Of a DNA stretch of 64,000 nt, positions 38,160-49,023 are shown in pieces (the stretch's first letter is position 1; every line of letters starts with the position of its first letter). Source of the stretch: Dehalococcoidia bacterium (GTDB taxonomy: Bacteria > Chloroflexota > Dehalococcoidia > Bin125). The stretch spans positions 1,621,496-1,685,495 of the forward strand of contig OZ252031.1 in NCBI GenBank assembly GCA_965247775.1, given 5' to 3'. Both the position numbers and the translations under genes were made by a program. A model generated the notes under the pieces. It was not told where the DNA came from. It searched no databases and saw only the letters and a program-made list of their open reading frames with translations.

Positions 38160-38498
38160 ATGTTGAAGATGCGACTCACCCGTCGCGGGCGGCGGAAGCG
38201 GCCTTACTATCGCGTCGTCGTGACGGAGGCCGCCGCCGCCCGCGACGGCGGCTTCCACGAGATCCTCGGCCACTACGACCCGTTCGCGGAGGATGCGCAC
38301 CTGGAGGTGAAGGCGGAGCGCGTCCAGTACTGGCTCTCCCAGGGGGCGCAGCCGTCGGTGACGGTGCACCGATTGCTCGCGAAGCAGGGCCTCATCGCGC
38401 CGTACGAGCCCAGCCCGCGCAGCAAGAAGGCCGACGCCAAGCGCGCCGCGGCCCAGGAGGCCGCCAAGGCCGCCGCCACCGCGGGGGAGAGCGAGTAG
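38160..38498 (+). CDS. rpsP: 30S ribosomal protein S16
   Basis: MLKMRLTRRGRRKRPYYRVVV N-terminus. Confidence 0.9.
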   Translation: MLKMRLTRRGRRKRPYYRVVVTEAAAARDGGFHEILGHYDPFAEDAHLEVKAERVQYWLSQGAQPSVTVHRLLAKQGLIAPYEPSPRSKKADAKRAAAQEAAKAAATAGESE

Positions 38499-38502
38499 CC
38501 GC

Positions 38503-38730
38503 ATGCAGGATCTGGTGGCTTACATCGCCAAGTGGGTCGTGGATGATCCGGAAGCTGTGCGCGTCGCCGAGCGGGAACGCGGCGACCGCCTGACGGTCCG
38601 CCTGGAGGTGGACCCGGACGACATGGGCCGGGTGATCGGCAAGGAGGGGCGCATCGCCAACGCCGTCCGGACTCTCCTCTCCGTGGGCGGCGAAGCCCGC
38701 GGCGAGGACATCCAGCTCGAGATCCGCTGA
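38503..38730 (+). CDS. KH-domain RNA-binding protein (UPF0109 / YlqC-like)
   Basis: 75 aa with GRVIGKEGRIANAVR KH motif; conserved position between rpsP and rimM. Confidence 0.75.
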   Translation: MQDLVAYIAKWVVDDPEAVRVAERERGDRLTVRLEVDPDDMGRVIGKEGRIANAVRTLLSVGGEARGEDIQLEIR

Positions 38731-39305
38731 TGCCCTTGCGCGGCGCGCGGCGCCCGAGCGCGCGCGCGCGCGACGGTTTCCGCGCCGTCGGGCGAGTCGA
38801 GCGGCCCTGGGGCTTGCGCGGCGATCTGAAGATCTTTCCCCTGACCGATTTTCCCCAGCGCTTCGACCCCGGCGCGCGCGTGTACGCCGGCGGCGTGGCT
38901 CGGCGCGTGCTGCGCAGTCGCTGGCAGAAGGGGCGGGTCTTCGTGGGGCTGGAGGGCGTCGAGCGCCCCGAGCAGGCGGAAGCGCTCCGCGGCGCCCTGC
39001 TGGAGATCCCGGAGGACGACACCCCGGACTTCGCGGAGGGCGAGTACTACGTCGACGCCATCGAGGGGTGCTCGGTGCGTGACGTGGAGGGCGAAGCGAT
39101 CGGCACCGTGCGGGAGGTGCTGCAGCCAGGCGCGAACGATGTGTACGTGGTGGCGCGGTCTGGCAAGGACGACCTGCTCGTGCCGGCCGTGCGCGACGTG
39201 GTGGTGGCGGTCGACGTGAGCGCTCGTACGCTTACGGTGGACTTGCCCCCAGGGTTGGACTCCGAGGGCGCCGGCGCGGCCGCTCCTGCGGCGAACCCCG
39301 ATTGA
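38730..39305 (+). CDS. rimM: 16S rRNA processing protein RimM
   Basis: RimM N-terminal beta barrel plus PRC barrel; operon context ffh-rpsP-KH-rimM. Confidence 0.8.
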   Translation: MPLRGARRPSARARDGFRAVGRVERPWGLRGDLKIFPLTDFPQRFDPGARVYAGGVARRVLRSRWQKGRVFVGLEGVERPEQAEALRGALLEIPEDDTPDFAEGEYYVDAIEGCSVRDVEGEAIGTVREVLQPGANDVYVVARSGKDDLLVPAVRDVVVAVDVSARTLTVDLPPGLDSEGAGAAAPAANPD

Positions 39306-39369
39306 CCCATGCGGCGGCGGCTGAGTAGCCTCGACCAAGCGTCCCAGGCGATGCCTGGACACGGTTCCC

Positions 39370-39445
39370 GGGGATATAGCTCAGTTGGGAGAGCGCGGCG
39401 TTCGCAACGCCGAGGTCGGGGGTTCGAGTCCCCCTATCTCCACCA
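39370..39445 (+). tRNA. tRNA-Ala (anticodon CGC)
   Basis: G3:U70 present, UUCGCAA loop. Confidence 0.85.
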
Positions 39446-39702
39446 AGCCGCCACCAGCGCCGGCACCGCCGAGCCCCCTCGATGGGGGCGGCGGCGGCGG
39501 CGCGGCGCGGAGCACTAACGCCGGCTAGCCCTGTCTTGGCGCCACACATCTGCACCCGCAGCCCGTCTTCGCACGTGCGCACTCGGCTGTGCTGACGAAA
39601 GCGGCGCTTGCGGCGACATGCCGTTGCGTTGGGGCAGCGTGCGGTGAGGGTTTAGTCGATCACGCCCGGACGATCCCGGGAAAGGCAGTAAACTCAGGCG
39701 AG

Positions 39703-39777
39703 CCCCCCGTAGCTCAGGGGATAGAGCAGTGGTTTCCTAAACCATGCGCGCAGGTTCGATTCCTGCCGGGGGGACCA
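39703..39777 (+). tRNA. tRNA-Arg (anticodon CCT)
   Basis: Cloverleaf with C6:G6 acceptor helix, UUCCUAA loop. Confidence 0.85.
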
Positions 39778-39836
39778 CCGCCGTGCGCGTGAGGGTGCGC
39801 CCCCTCGGGCGGCGCCGGTGCGCTGCCCCGCTCCGC

Positions 39837-40631
39837 CTAGTGGGACTCCAGTGTTGGCGTCCGTCCTCGGTCGGCGGGGTCGTCCCAACCGCGGAAGTTC
39901 GGCGCTCGCTTCTCAGCGAACGCGTGGCGTGATTCCATGAGATCAGACTTGGAACCGTGTTCTTGCAGTCGTGCGGCGAGGGCTGCACGGTCGGCGGCAA
40001 CCTCGGGACGCATCGCCCGCATCATCGTCAGGGTGTTGACGCGGGAGGCGGGCGGCAGGGCAAGCAACTGCTGCGCCATCGCGCGGGCTTCCGGGAGCAG
40101 CTCCTCGGCGTCGACGAGACGGTTGAGGAAGCCGAGCTGGTAAAGCCGCTCGGCGCTGAAGCGGAAGGCGAACGCCATTTCTGTCGCGACGGGATGGGCA
40201 ACGTTCGCCAGGAAGCCGTGTTGATAGCCGCCCAGCAGCCAGCGCTTCGCCTCCGACATCTCGAAGACGGCCCCCCGTGCGGCGAGGCGGAGATCGCTTC
40301 GCTCGACGAGCCGGAAGCCGCCGCCCATCGCGTAGCCGTTGATCGCAGCGATCACCGGCTTGTGCAGCGCGCCGGCCATGAATGGATCGTCGATGCCGGG
40401 CGCCAGCCCCGGCGCGCCGCGCTCGACGGCCTCCTTCATGTCTTCCCCGGCGCAAAAGGCGCGGCCGGTGCCGGTGAAGATCGCGACTTCGTGGGTGGGG
40501 CTATCGCGGAACTCCCGCCAGGCGTCCGCGAGCGCCATGCGCAACTCGATGCCCAGCGCATTCAGACGATCCGGCCGGTTCATCCGAATCACCATGATCG
40601 CACCGATGCGGTCAACCTCGATGATCGCCAT
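39837..40631 (-). CDS. Enoyl-CoA hydratase/isomerase (crotonase) family protein
   Basis: MAIIEVDRIGAIMVIRMNRPDRLNAL..GTGRAFCAGEDM; start at M156 of the long ORF. Confidence 0.8.
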   Translation of the reverse strand: MAIIEVDRIGAIMVIRMNRPDRLNALGIELRMALADAWREFRDSPTHEVAIFTGTGRAFCAGEDMKEAVERGAPGLAPGIDDPFMAGALHKPVIAAINGYAMGGGFRLVERSDLRLAARGAVFEMSEAKRWLLGGYQHGFLANVAHPVATEMAFAFRFSAERLYQLGFLNRLVDAEELLPEARAMAQQLLALPPASRVNTLTMMRAMRPEVAADRAALAARLQEHGSKSDLMESRHAFAEKRAPNFRGWDDPADRGRTPTLESH

Positions 40632-41013
40632 CGTTCGATCCCTCCCACGGCCTGCCGCAGCGTCGCCGACCCGGAGCATACTCGTTGAGGGCACGCTCTT
40701 TGGCGCCCGGGCGGGCGGCCATGCGCCTCGGGCAGGCGGCCGCTGCGGAACGGGTCGTTTCCGCTCAGCCCGGACGCGATGAGCGGCCGCTGCGGAACGT
40801 GATCGACGGGGAACGAGGCTACTGAGCATGCCTGCGCCCCCTTCCCCGCGACGGCCCCCAAGGATCTCTCCTCCCCGTCTTCCATGACCGGACCGCGAAG
40901 AGCGCGTTCGGGCTGGCCCGATATATTGTGTCCCCGCAGGGGTGGAAGACGCCGCCTGGCCTTCGCCACCCGCCAACTTCAGGTGTCGGAGCGACGCACA
41001 GGGCCGATCAACG

Positions 41014-42123
41014 ATGAACAGCATCGGACTGGCGGTCATCGGCTCAACCGGCGTCATCGGCAAGGTCCACATCGACGCCATCCGCACGCTGGACAACTGC
41101 CGGCTCGTGGGCGTGAACGCACGGCGCCAGGAGCCGCTCCGTGCGCAGGCCGCCGAACTGCGCGTCGCTTGCTACGCCACCCTGGAGGCGGCGCTCGAGG
41201 CGCGGGAAGTCGATGCGGTCCTGATCGCGACGCCACATCCGTCGCACTTGGAGATCACGACGAAGGCCGTCGCGGCCGGGAAGCACGTCCTGGTGGAAAA
41301 GCCGATCAGCGTCACGCCCTCCGAGGCCGACGCGATGATCGAGACCGCCAGGAGCGCCGGCGTGAAGCTGGGCGTGCTCTTTAACAATCGCTTTCGCGCG
41401 GAGGCCCAGAAAGCCAAGTCGCTCATCGAACAGGGGGCCATCGGCGAGATCCTGCGCACCAGCATGACGAGTGTCATGTTCCGCAGCCAGGACTACTACG
41501 ACCGGCTGGACTGGCGCGGTAGCTGGGAGATGGAGGGCGGCGGCGTCCTCATCAACCAGGGCATTCATGCCATCGACATGCTGCAGTGGCTCAGCGGCAT
41601 GCCCACAAGCGTCTTCGGCACGGTGCGCACGCTCAAACACCGCATTGAGGTGGAGGACTACGCCAGCGCCGTGTTGGAGTATCCTAACGGCGGCCAGGGA
41701 ACGCTCCACTGCACGACGGCGCTGGCCCCGAACATGCAGCGCCTGGAGGTGTGGGGCGAGCGCGGCGCGTTGATGCTGGACGATGGGACGCTGACGGTTC
41801 ATACGCTGGAGACGCCTCTGCAGGAATTCATCGACAGCGACGAAACCGAGGCGTTCGTGCCGCCCCGCTCAGGCGCCGAGACACTCGCGATCGAGCCGGT
41901 TGGCGCCACACACGTGCCCGCGATCGACGATTTCGTGCGCGCCATCCTTGAGGACCGCGAGCCGGCCGTCAGCGGCGAGAGCGCCCGCGACGCGCAGGAA
42001 CTGGTCGCCGCGATCACCCTGTCCGGCTGCCGCGGTACGCCGGTCAGCCTGCCCGTTGACCGCGCGGAGTTCGACGCGCTGATGGCCGAGCTTCGCGCCG
42101 CCCGGAAGCTGCCCAACGCGTAG
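41014..42123 (+). CDS. Gfo/Idh/MocA family NAD(P)-dependent oxidoreductase
   Basis: N-terminal Rossmann segment IGLAVIGSTGVIGKVH..., EKP motif (VLVEKPIS). Confidence 0.8.
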   Translation: MNSIGLAVIGSTGVIGKVHIDAIRTLDNCRLVGVNARRQEPLRAQAAELRVACYATLEAALEAREVDAVLIATPHPSHLEITTKAVAAGKHVLVEKPISVTPSEADAMIETARSAGVKLGVLFNNRFRAEAQKAKSLIEQGAIGEILRTSMTSVMFRSQDYYDRLDWRGSWEMEGGGVLINQGIHAIDMLQWLSGMPTSVFGTVRTLKHRIEVEDYASAVLEYPNGGQGTLHCTTALAPNMQRLEVWGERGALMLDDGTLTVHTLETPLQEFIDSDETEAFVPPRSGAETLAIEPVGATHVPAIDDFVRAILEDREPAVSGESARDAQELVAAITLSGCRGTPVSLPVDRAEFDALMAELRAARKLPNA

Positions 42124-42206
42124 CGGCCGGGCGCGGGAGGGCGCCCGGCGTTGCAGACAGCGCGCGTCCCAGCGAGCGACAGGCGCAGGGCCGACCCTTC
42201 CCGCGG

Positions 42207-43151
42207 TTAGCGCTGATGGACCAACGGCATTCCGGGAACCGGACTGCGCCCGCGCAGCACGTAACCGGCGGAGATTGAGCCGATGTAGAGATCCCGCAGA
42301 TCGTCGCCCCCGAACGTGACGTTCGTGGGATGCAGCATGATCTCCCCCGTTGGATCTTCGATCACCGTCTCCACGCTCCCGCTCGGCGTGATCGCCACGA
42401 TCTTGTTGGCGAACACGAGCGTGACCCAGAGGTTCCCCTCTTGATCGAAGTTATTGCCATCCGGGGCGCCGAACTGCGACATCCGCTCTGGCGATGCGGG
42501 GTTCTCCAGCAAGGCCGGATCCCGAAACAGCTCACCGAGCTGGGGCCCGTACGGCTCCATGGCCCCAAGTCTGGCGCCGTCCAAGATCGGGAAGCGGACG
42601 ACGTTGGACCGGTTCGTCTGGTTGACGTAGAGGTACGACTCCTCCGCGTCCAGCGCCATGCCATTCGCGAGCGCCAGACCCGTCGCCACCACGTCGACGG
42701 CACCGTCGGGACGAACCCGAAAGACGAACCCGCTCTCTACATCGCTGAAGATCTCCGTGAAGTCCACCACCCAGCTGGAATGCGAGCACCAAATGTTGCC
42801 CTGGCGATCGACCACGGGGAAGTTCGAGATGAGCAGGTCGCGACCATCGATCGCGCCGACCAGCGTCTCCACCTCCCCGCTCTCTACGTCCAGTCGCTGC
42901 AGCGGCCCGGTAGCGCCTTCCAGCCCGCCGACGTTGGCGATGATGATCCGCCCCTCCGCGTCCATGCAGATCCCGTTGGGCAAGCCTCCGGCCTGACCGA
43001 CTCGCCGAACCGACCCATCCGGTCGCAACTCCGCGCACGCGCTGGTCTGATCTGCCGCCCAGACGCGACCGTCTCGGCCGACAACCACCCCCTCCGGTCG
43101 CTGGACGCCCAGACCAACCTTCGTGAGGCTCTCAAGCGCAATCGTGGCCAC
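42207..43151 (-). CDS. SMP-30/gluconolactonase/LRE-like beta-propeller protein
   Basis: Repeated blades with conserved N/D residues typical of SGL lactonases; GTG start preferred over the R-rich extension. Confidence 0.7.
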   Translation of the reverse strand: MATIALESLTKVGLGVQRPEGVVVGRDGRVWAADQTSACAELRPDGSVRRVGQAGGLPNGICMDAEGRIIIANVGGLEGATGPLQRLDVESGEVETLVGAIDGRDLLISNFPVVDRQGNIWCSHSSWVVDFTEIFSDVESGFVFRVRPDGAVDVVATGLALANGMALDAEESYLYVNQTNRSNVVRFPILDGARLGAMEPYGPQLGELFRDPALLENPASPERMSQFGAPDGNNFDQEGNLWVTLVFANKIVAITPSGSVETVIEDPTGEIMLHPTNVTFGGDDLRDLYIGSISAGYVLRGRSPVPGMPLVHQR

Positions 43152-43606
43152 TGGCACGGCCCGCCTCCCACTCTCGGTCTCCGGCTCATCTCGACGCGCA
43201 ACGCGGGGGCCGCGGCGAGCGTTGATGGCTCCCTTGGCGTCGGCGGGATGGTAGCGGAATCCGGTCTGCAAGCGGAACTGCTGTCACGCCCTCTGCGGAC
43301 ACCCATGCACGCGGACGCCCGGGCGGTCGCGGGCGTACATCTGCGTCAACTGGGGGGACGGACTCGACGTGCTCCCGTTCGAGATCCGGCTCTCGCACCA
43401 GGACGGCGGCTACCGCTGGGTACAGTGGGCGGCGGGTGGCTTGCCGGCCGAGCAACTGCTGTACGCCCACGAGCCGGCGACCGGCGCGGCCAGCCGATCC
43501 CCGGGGGGATCGGCCGTGGGAGGGGCGCGGCCGTCGCGCGTCGCGCCGGCGGCCGTGGTCAAGGAGTGGCCGTCCGATCCATCGCGCGGCCGCTTCTCTC
43601 CCCGCG

Positions 43607-44032
43607 CTACTCGTCGCCGACGACGGCGATCGCCTGCACCTCCACCAGCATCTCCGGCACCGCGAACCCAGTCACGGTGATCAGGGCGCTGCCGGGGGCG
43701 CGCTGCGGGAAGTACTCCTTGCGGATCTCCACGAAGCGCTGACCGTCGCGGCCGTCCTTGATGAACACCGTCATCGTGACGATGTCCTCGAGCTTGCCCC
43801 CCACCTTGGCCAGCGTGGCGCGGATGCGCTTGAAGGTGTTGTGCACCTGCGTGTCGAAGTCGGTCGCGAACTGCATCCGCTCAAGCTCGACGCTTTGCCC
43901 GCTCAGCTCCTCGTCCGCCTCCTCGATGCCGCCGTCTCCGGCCAGCCAGGCGATTCGACCGCCGCTGGTGACGACGGCCGGAGAATAGGCGCGTTCCTTC
44001 TGCCAAGTGCCCTCGTAGTATTCGCGAGGCAT
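43607..44032 (-). CDS. RidA/YjgF/TdcF family protein (paralog 1)
   Basis: 141 aa, ..DIVTMTVFIKD...RAPGSALITV..LVEVQAIAVV chorismate-mutase-like fold motifs. Confidence 0.75.
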   Translation of the reverse strand: MPREYYEGTWQKERAYSPAVVTSGGRIAWLAGDGGIEEADEELSGQSVELERMQFATDFDTQVHNTFKRIRATLAKVGGKLEDIVTMTVFIKDGRDGQRFVEIRKEYFPQRAPGSALITVTGFAVPEMLVEVQAIAVVGDE

Positions 44033-44088
44033 GCTGTCTTCCTTCCTGCTCCCGTTCTCAGTCCCGCGCTTGCAACGGCGCGGATCGC

Positions 44089-44478
44089 CTAGTCCCCGAC
44101 GACGGCCGTCGCCTGGATCTCCACCAGCATTTCCTTGAGCGCGAATCCGCGGACCGTGATCAGCGCGCTGGCGGGAAAGCCGTCCGGGAAGAACTCCTTG
44201 CGGATCTGGGTGAAGCGGCGTGAGTAGCGCGGCTCGAGGATCCACACGGTCATCGTGACGATGTCCTGCAGCTTGCCGCCGGCACGCTCCAGTGTCTCGC
44301 CGAGTTCGCGGAAGCTGTGGCGGACCTGGGCATCGAAGTCGCCATCGAGGGAGTTGCCCTCCTCATCCTGGATGGCGCCGACCCCCGCCAGATAGACCTG
44401 GCGCCCGCCCTGGACGGCAACGGCCGGCGAATAGGCGAAATCCTCCTGCCAGTCACCCCTGAAGTATTCTCGTGGCAT
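44089..44478 (-). CDS. RidA/YjgF/TdcF family protein (paralog 2)
   Basis: 129 aa, about 55% identical by eye to paralog 1 (MPREYFRGDWQ..., DIVTMTVWILE...). Confidence 0.75.
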   Translation of the reverse strand: MPREYFRGDWQEDFAYSPAVAVQGGRQVYLAGVGAIQDEEGNSLDGDFDAQVRHSFRELGETLERAGGKLQDIVTMTVWILEPRYSRRFTQIRKEFFPDGFPASALITVRGFALKEMLVEIQATAVVGD

Positions 44479-45241
44479 GCGCGGCTCCCTTCGTGTCGCG
44501 ACAGACTAGCTGGTCTGCAGGGCGGTGAGGGCGCCGATCTTCGGGAAGACGGGCCGGGGGGGCCGGATCAGGCCGCGACCGGGCGCGCATTCCGCGCGGG
44601 ACCGGCCGCTGGCGGCCGCACGGGCGGCGGGCGGGCCCGCTCCTCGAGGTGAGCCCCCGCACCGCTCAGGGCATCGCCAGGCGGAAGCCGTCCGACGCCA
44701 CCAGCAGCAGCCCCGTGCCCCGGCCGATCACGATCGTCGGTCGCCGCGCGGCGGGCACGGCCGGCGCGTCCCCGATCCAGTCGCCGCTCGCGGGGTCGAG
44801 CCACCAGACCGCGTCCAGCGCAGGATTCGCGGCCAGCAGCGTGGTGACGTGGTGGCGCTCCCGAGCCAGCCGACCAGGCTGTTTCCCACCGGCACGAACA
44901 CCGTCTCGGCGGGGGGCGTCGGCGCCGTTCGGCGGAACGACCGACGCCGCGCCGCTCAGCGCCTGGAGCCGGTCCAGCGCGGCCCGGTATTTGGGCGCTT
45001 CATCCACGGGTTGGGTAATGCACTCCAGCAGCGTCGTGGCCGCCGCTCACATCGAAGAGGACTTCGCCGCGCTCCGAGCGCGCAGCGAGCCGCTGCGGGG
45101 CCGGCTGACGTGCGTGGTTGCGGGCATCCGCAAACCCGCGCACCGTGACCGCAGCCGGCCGCTGGGCGTCCGCCCGCATCCCAAGCCCGACTGCTGAGCA
45201 GCGACGGCCGCAAGGGACCAGTCAGGCCGCCGTCCGCCGGC

Positions 45242-46821
45242 TCAGTCGGGCGGGAGCCGGTACGCGTAGGCGCGTCCGGCGTCCGGGCCGGCCTCGGTAT
45301 CGGCGAGCCAGGCGCCGATCATGATCACGGCGCCCGCGACGGCGGTGGCCCATCCGTAGTTGGCCCCCGTCGCGGCGGTCTCCACGTCGGCCGGCGAGAT
45401 CTGGGCAACGGGAGGCCAGGCGTCGCCGTCCCGGCGGTAGATCACCGCCGCGCCCGCACCGACCACCTTGGGCCGGAGGAAATCTCCGTGGGGAACTCCG
45501 ACCACGATCGTGTCGCCGTCCGTCGCCACGTCGTAGCCGAACCAGTCCATCTCCTGCGTACCGAGGCCGGTGAGCTTGGCCTGCTGCCGCCAGCCGTCCA
45601 CGCTGCGCTGGAAGACGTAGACGGAGCCGGAGTTGGGGGCGCCGGCGTCCTCCAGATAGGCGCCGACCACCAGGGTGTCGCCGACGATAGCCAGGGAACG
45701 GCCGAAGCGGTCGGAGACGAAGGCATCGTCCGGTTCCAGTTTGGCCGACTCCACCCACCCGTCTGGGCCGCGCTGGAAGACGTAGACGGCACCGGAGTTG
45801 GCGCCGGCGAAGCTGTCACTGCCCTTCGCGCCAACCACGATCGTGTCGCCGGAGACATCGATGTCACCGCCGAAGAAATCGTCCGCAGCGCCGTCGCTCG
45901 CGACGAGTTCAGCCTCCGGCAGCCACCACTCTCCCCGCCGCCGGAAGACATGGACCTTCTGGCCGCCTCCGTCGCCTTCGTTGGAGGCGGACACGATGAT
46001 CACATCACCGTCGATCGCAACGGTCCAGCCAAACTGCTGGGCAGCGAGCGGCGCAACGGCCAGCAGACGCTGGCGCTGGACCCACTCCCCGTCCTGCAAC
46101 TCGAACACGTAGGCGGCGCCGGCGTCGTCGTCGCCGCTGACGACATCCGCGAGCGGCGCGCCGACGACGGCGACCTCGCCCTCGATGGCCGTCCAACGGC
46201 CGAACCAGACGCCGGCCTCGCCGTCCTCCGGCAACAGCTCCGCGGCTTGCACCCAGGCGTCGCCCCGGCGCTCGAAGATGTAGGCCGCGCCGGACAGCTC
46301 GCCCTGGTCGTCATGGAAGGGGGCGCCGGTGATCACGCGGTCGCCGTCGGCGTCGGCGGACCAACCGAATTCGTCGCGCGCGGTCGCGTCCTCGGGAACG
46401 AGGACGGCCTCACTGGCCACGAGGCTGCCGGGCCTTGCCCCGGCCCACACTGTCGGCTGTTCGGGCGGCTCGTCGCTCGGCGGAGGGGAGTCCGCGGGGT
46501 CGATAATCAGCGCGGCGGTCTCGTCCTCGTTGGCGGCGGCGCTGGTCTCTTCCTCGTCCGCGGAGGAGGCCGGGGCGACGGCGCCGTAGCCGGGGATCTT
46601 CGCTTCGATGTCCGCCGCCGGCTCGACTCCCGAAGCAGCCTTGTCGTTGGATCGCCGCTGGGACTGGGGCGCTGCGAATCGTCGGAGGGCGCTGCGGAGG
46701 CCGGATTGGGGGACCCCGTCTGCGCCGCTGGCGTCTCCGCGTTGGTACCGCCGCCGCAGGCCGCGAGGAGCCGGGCCGCCGCCGAGCCTCGCGCGCCGCT
46801 GGGCCCGGGTCCCTCGCGCAC
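45242..46821 (-). CDS. FG-GAP repeat (integrin-alpha-like beta-propeller) lipoprotein; signal/lipobox segment is in a different frame from the repeat body (frameshift or sequencing error)
   Basis: Repeats of FG..ad.dGD.xxDlvvGAP..d...G.vYvF; upstream frame encodes MREGPG...ARLLAACGGG lipobox then an acidic linker; frames shift near 46640..46680. Confidence 0.5.
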
Positions 46822-46839
46822 GGCCAGGGCCTGCAGGGG

Positions 46840-48045
46840 CTAGGGTCGCTCGAAGAGGGCGGCGATGCCCTGCCCGCCGCCGATACACATCGTCTCGATG
46901 CCGTAGCGTGCCTGGCGCCGATCCATCTCGTGCAGAAGGGTGGCGAGGATGCGACCGCCGGTCGCCGCGATCGGGTGTCCCAGCGAGATCCCGGAGCCGT
47001 TCACGTTCAGCTTCGCCTCCGCCTCTTCGGGGTCCAGCCCCCACTCCGCCACGACGCCGAGCACCTGGGCCGCGAAAGCCTCGTTGAGTTCGATCAGATC
47101 CGCATCCGGCAGGGTTACCCCCGTACGCGCCGCAAGCTTCTCGATCGCGGGCACGGGGCCCAGGCCCATGTAGGCGGGGTGTACGCCGGCCGTGGTCCAT
47201 CCTCGGAGGTAGCCCATAGGCTCCAGGCCGAGTTCGTCCAGCTTGTCCGCGCCCACCACCAGACAGACGGCGGCGGCATCGTTCTGGGCGCTGGCGTTGC
47301 CGGCGGTGACACTGCCCTCGCCGATCACGGGCTTGAGCTTGGCCAGTTTTTCCAGCGAGGTATCCGCGCGCGGACCCTCGTCGCGGTCGATGACGATCGG
47401 AGCGCCTCTGCGCTGCGGCACCTCCACCGGCACGAGTTCGGCGTCGAACTTGCCGGCCTCCCAGGCGGCGACGGCGCGCTGATGGCTGCGCAGCGCGTAG
47501 GCGTCCTGCGCCTCCCGCCCGATGCCGTGTTTCTCGGCCACGTTCTCGGCCGTCTCGATCATGCCGCTGATATGGCCGAAGCGCTCCTCCGGGGAGGCCG
47601 TGCTGCGCCCACGCGTGAGGCGATCGTGGAGTTCCAGCGAGCCGAGGCGCCCGCCCCAGCGGGCGCCGGTGGTGTAGTACTCCACGCCGCTCATGGACTC
47701 GGCGCCGCCCGCGATGACGACGTCGGCGTTGTCCGTCTGGACCATCATGGAGGCGTTGACGACGGCCTGCAGGCCGGAGCCGCAGCGCCGGTCCACCTGG
47801 CAGCCCGGCACTTCAATGGGGAGGCCCGCTTTCATCCCGACGAGACGGCCGAGGGCCGGCTCCTCACCGCTGGGATAGCCGTGGCCGAGGACGACGTCGT
47901 CGATCCGGGCGGGGTCCAGCCCGGTGCGGTCGAGCAAGGCGCGCACCGCGGTGGCGCCCAGTTCGGCGGCGGGCAGGTCCCGCAAGGCACCGCCAAAGCG
48001 CCCCACGGCGGTGCGCAGCGGACTAACGATGGCCACTTCCCTCAC
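46840..48045 (-). CDS. Acetyl-CoA C-acetyltransferase (thiolase II)
   Basis: VREVAIVSPLRTAVGRFGG N-terminus (GTG start), catalytic Cys region QVDRRCGSGLQAV, C-terminal CIGGGQG. Confidence 0.85.
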   Translation of the reverse strand: MREVAIVSPLRTAVGRFGGALRDLPAAELGATAVRALLDRTGLDPARIDDVVLGHGYPSGEEPALGRLVGMKAGLPIEVPGCQVDRRCGSGLQAVVNASMMVQTDNADVVIAGGAESMSGVEYYTTGARWGGRLGSLELHDRLTRGRSTASPEERFGHISGMIETAENVAEKHGIGREAQDAYALRSHQRAVAAWEAGKFDAELVPVEVPQRRGAPIVIDRDEGPRADTSLEKLAKLKPVIGEGSVTAGNASAQNDAAAVCLVVGADKLDELGLEPMGYLRGWTTAGVHPAYMGLGPVPAIEKLAARTGVTLPDADLIELNEAFAAQVLGVVAEWGLDPEEAEAKLNVNGSGISLGHPIAATGGRILATLLHEMDRRQARYGIETMCIGGGQGIAALFERP

Positions 48046-48157
48046 GATGTCGCTCCCACTCCAGAGCCACCCATCCCGCCGGGCCGGCCCGCCGCACGGT
48101 ACCAGCCGGGCAGGACTGCGCGCACAGGCTCCAGCGAGCCGGGACGGGGACGAGAGA

Positions 48158-48949
48158 TCACGCTGCACCGTGCAGCAGGAGCACGCGCATCCGGCAGACG
48201 AGCGCGCCATCGGCGTCGACCAGGGACGGATCGGCCGCCAGAGCGTCGTGCACCTCCGCCACGGTCTCCGGCGCAGTGGCGTCCAGTGCCACCAGGTACG
48301 CGAAGGCGCGGTTCATCGCCCACCAGGAGGCGAAGTCCGGAAAGACGAGATCCAGGTCATGCTCCTCGATGACCACCTCATGGAGCCCGGCCCGGAAGGC
48401 CCACTCGGCCAATTGATCCGGTGTGTGGGTGAGGAACGGAAGCGCGGGCCCCACTTCCTGCCGCGCCATGAGGTCCCGCAGCCGCGTGCCGGGCCGGCCG
48501 AAGAACGGCTCACCCCAGCAGGTCCAGGCCAGCCGCCCACCGGAGCGGGTTATGCGGACGGCCTCGCGCATCGCGCGCAGGGGCTCATGGAAGTACGCCA
48601 GGCCCAGGCCGCAGGCGCCGGCGTCGACGGAGTTCTCGGGCAGTCCGGGCGCGCAGGCGTCGGCGCGGAGGAAGCGGAGACGCGGCCCGGGCGGGGCGCC
48701 CGCGCGGGCCAATTCCAACTGTCGCTCGGCGAGATCCAATCCGATGACGGATCCGCTCGTGCCGACGCGTGCGGCGCCGGGCAGGGCGATGGTGCCCGGT
48801 CCGCAGGCGATATCAAGCAGAGCGGCGCCGGGACGAAGGTCCAAGCGATCGAGCAGGAGGCTGGCACAGTCTGGGAGGAAGGGGGCGCCGAGCGTGCCGT
48901 AGGCTGGGCCGGCATCATCGAACGCGGTGACGAGGGGCGCGCGGTTCAT
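48158..48949 (-). CDS. Class I SAM-dependent methyltransferase
   Basis: Motif I LLDIACGPG, acidic motif II VIGLDLAE; start at M67 (the upstream part of the ORF is antisense to tRNA-Trp). Confidence 0.7.
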   Translation of the reverse strand: MNRAPLVTAFDDAGPAYGTLGAPFLPDCASLLLDRLDLRPGAALLDIACGPGTIALPGAARVGTSGSVIGLDLAERQLELARAGAPPGPRLRFLRADACAPGLPENSVDAGACGLGLAYFHEPLRAMREAVRITRSGGRLAWTCWGEPFFGRPGTRLRDLMARQEVGPALPFLTHTPDQLAEWAFRAGLHEVVIEEHDLDLVFPDFASWWAMNRAFAYLVALDATAPETVAEVHDALAADPSLVDADGALVCRMRVLLLHGAA

Positions 48950-48980
48950 GGGGCAGGCCTCGGGCCCGCCGCGCGCTGCA

Positions 48981-49009
48981 TTGGCGGGCAAAAAGGCCGT
49001 TGCTATACT
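48981..49009 (+). promoter_or_regulatory. Candidate sigma-70 promoter for the tRNA-Trp/Leu/Gly/Cys cluster
   Basis: TTGGCG-17nt-TATACT ending 14 nt before tRNA-Trp. Confidence 0.4.
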
Positions 49010-49023
49010 GTCGCGGCGTGCCG

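Noticed and set aside
44666-45007. 113-aa minus-strand ORF (MDEAPKYRAALDRLQ...) in the 750-nt gap between RidA paralog 2 and the FG-GAP gene
   Set aside because: No recognisable family and the surrounding frames are broken; it could be a gene fragment, but the support is insufficient to annotate
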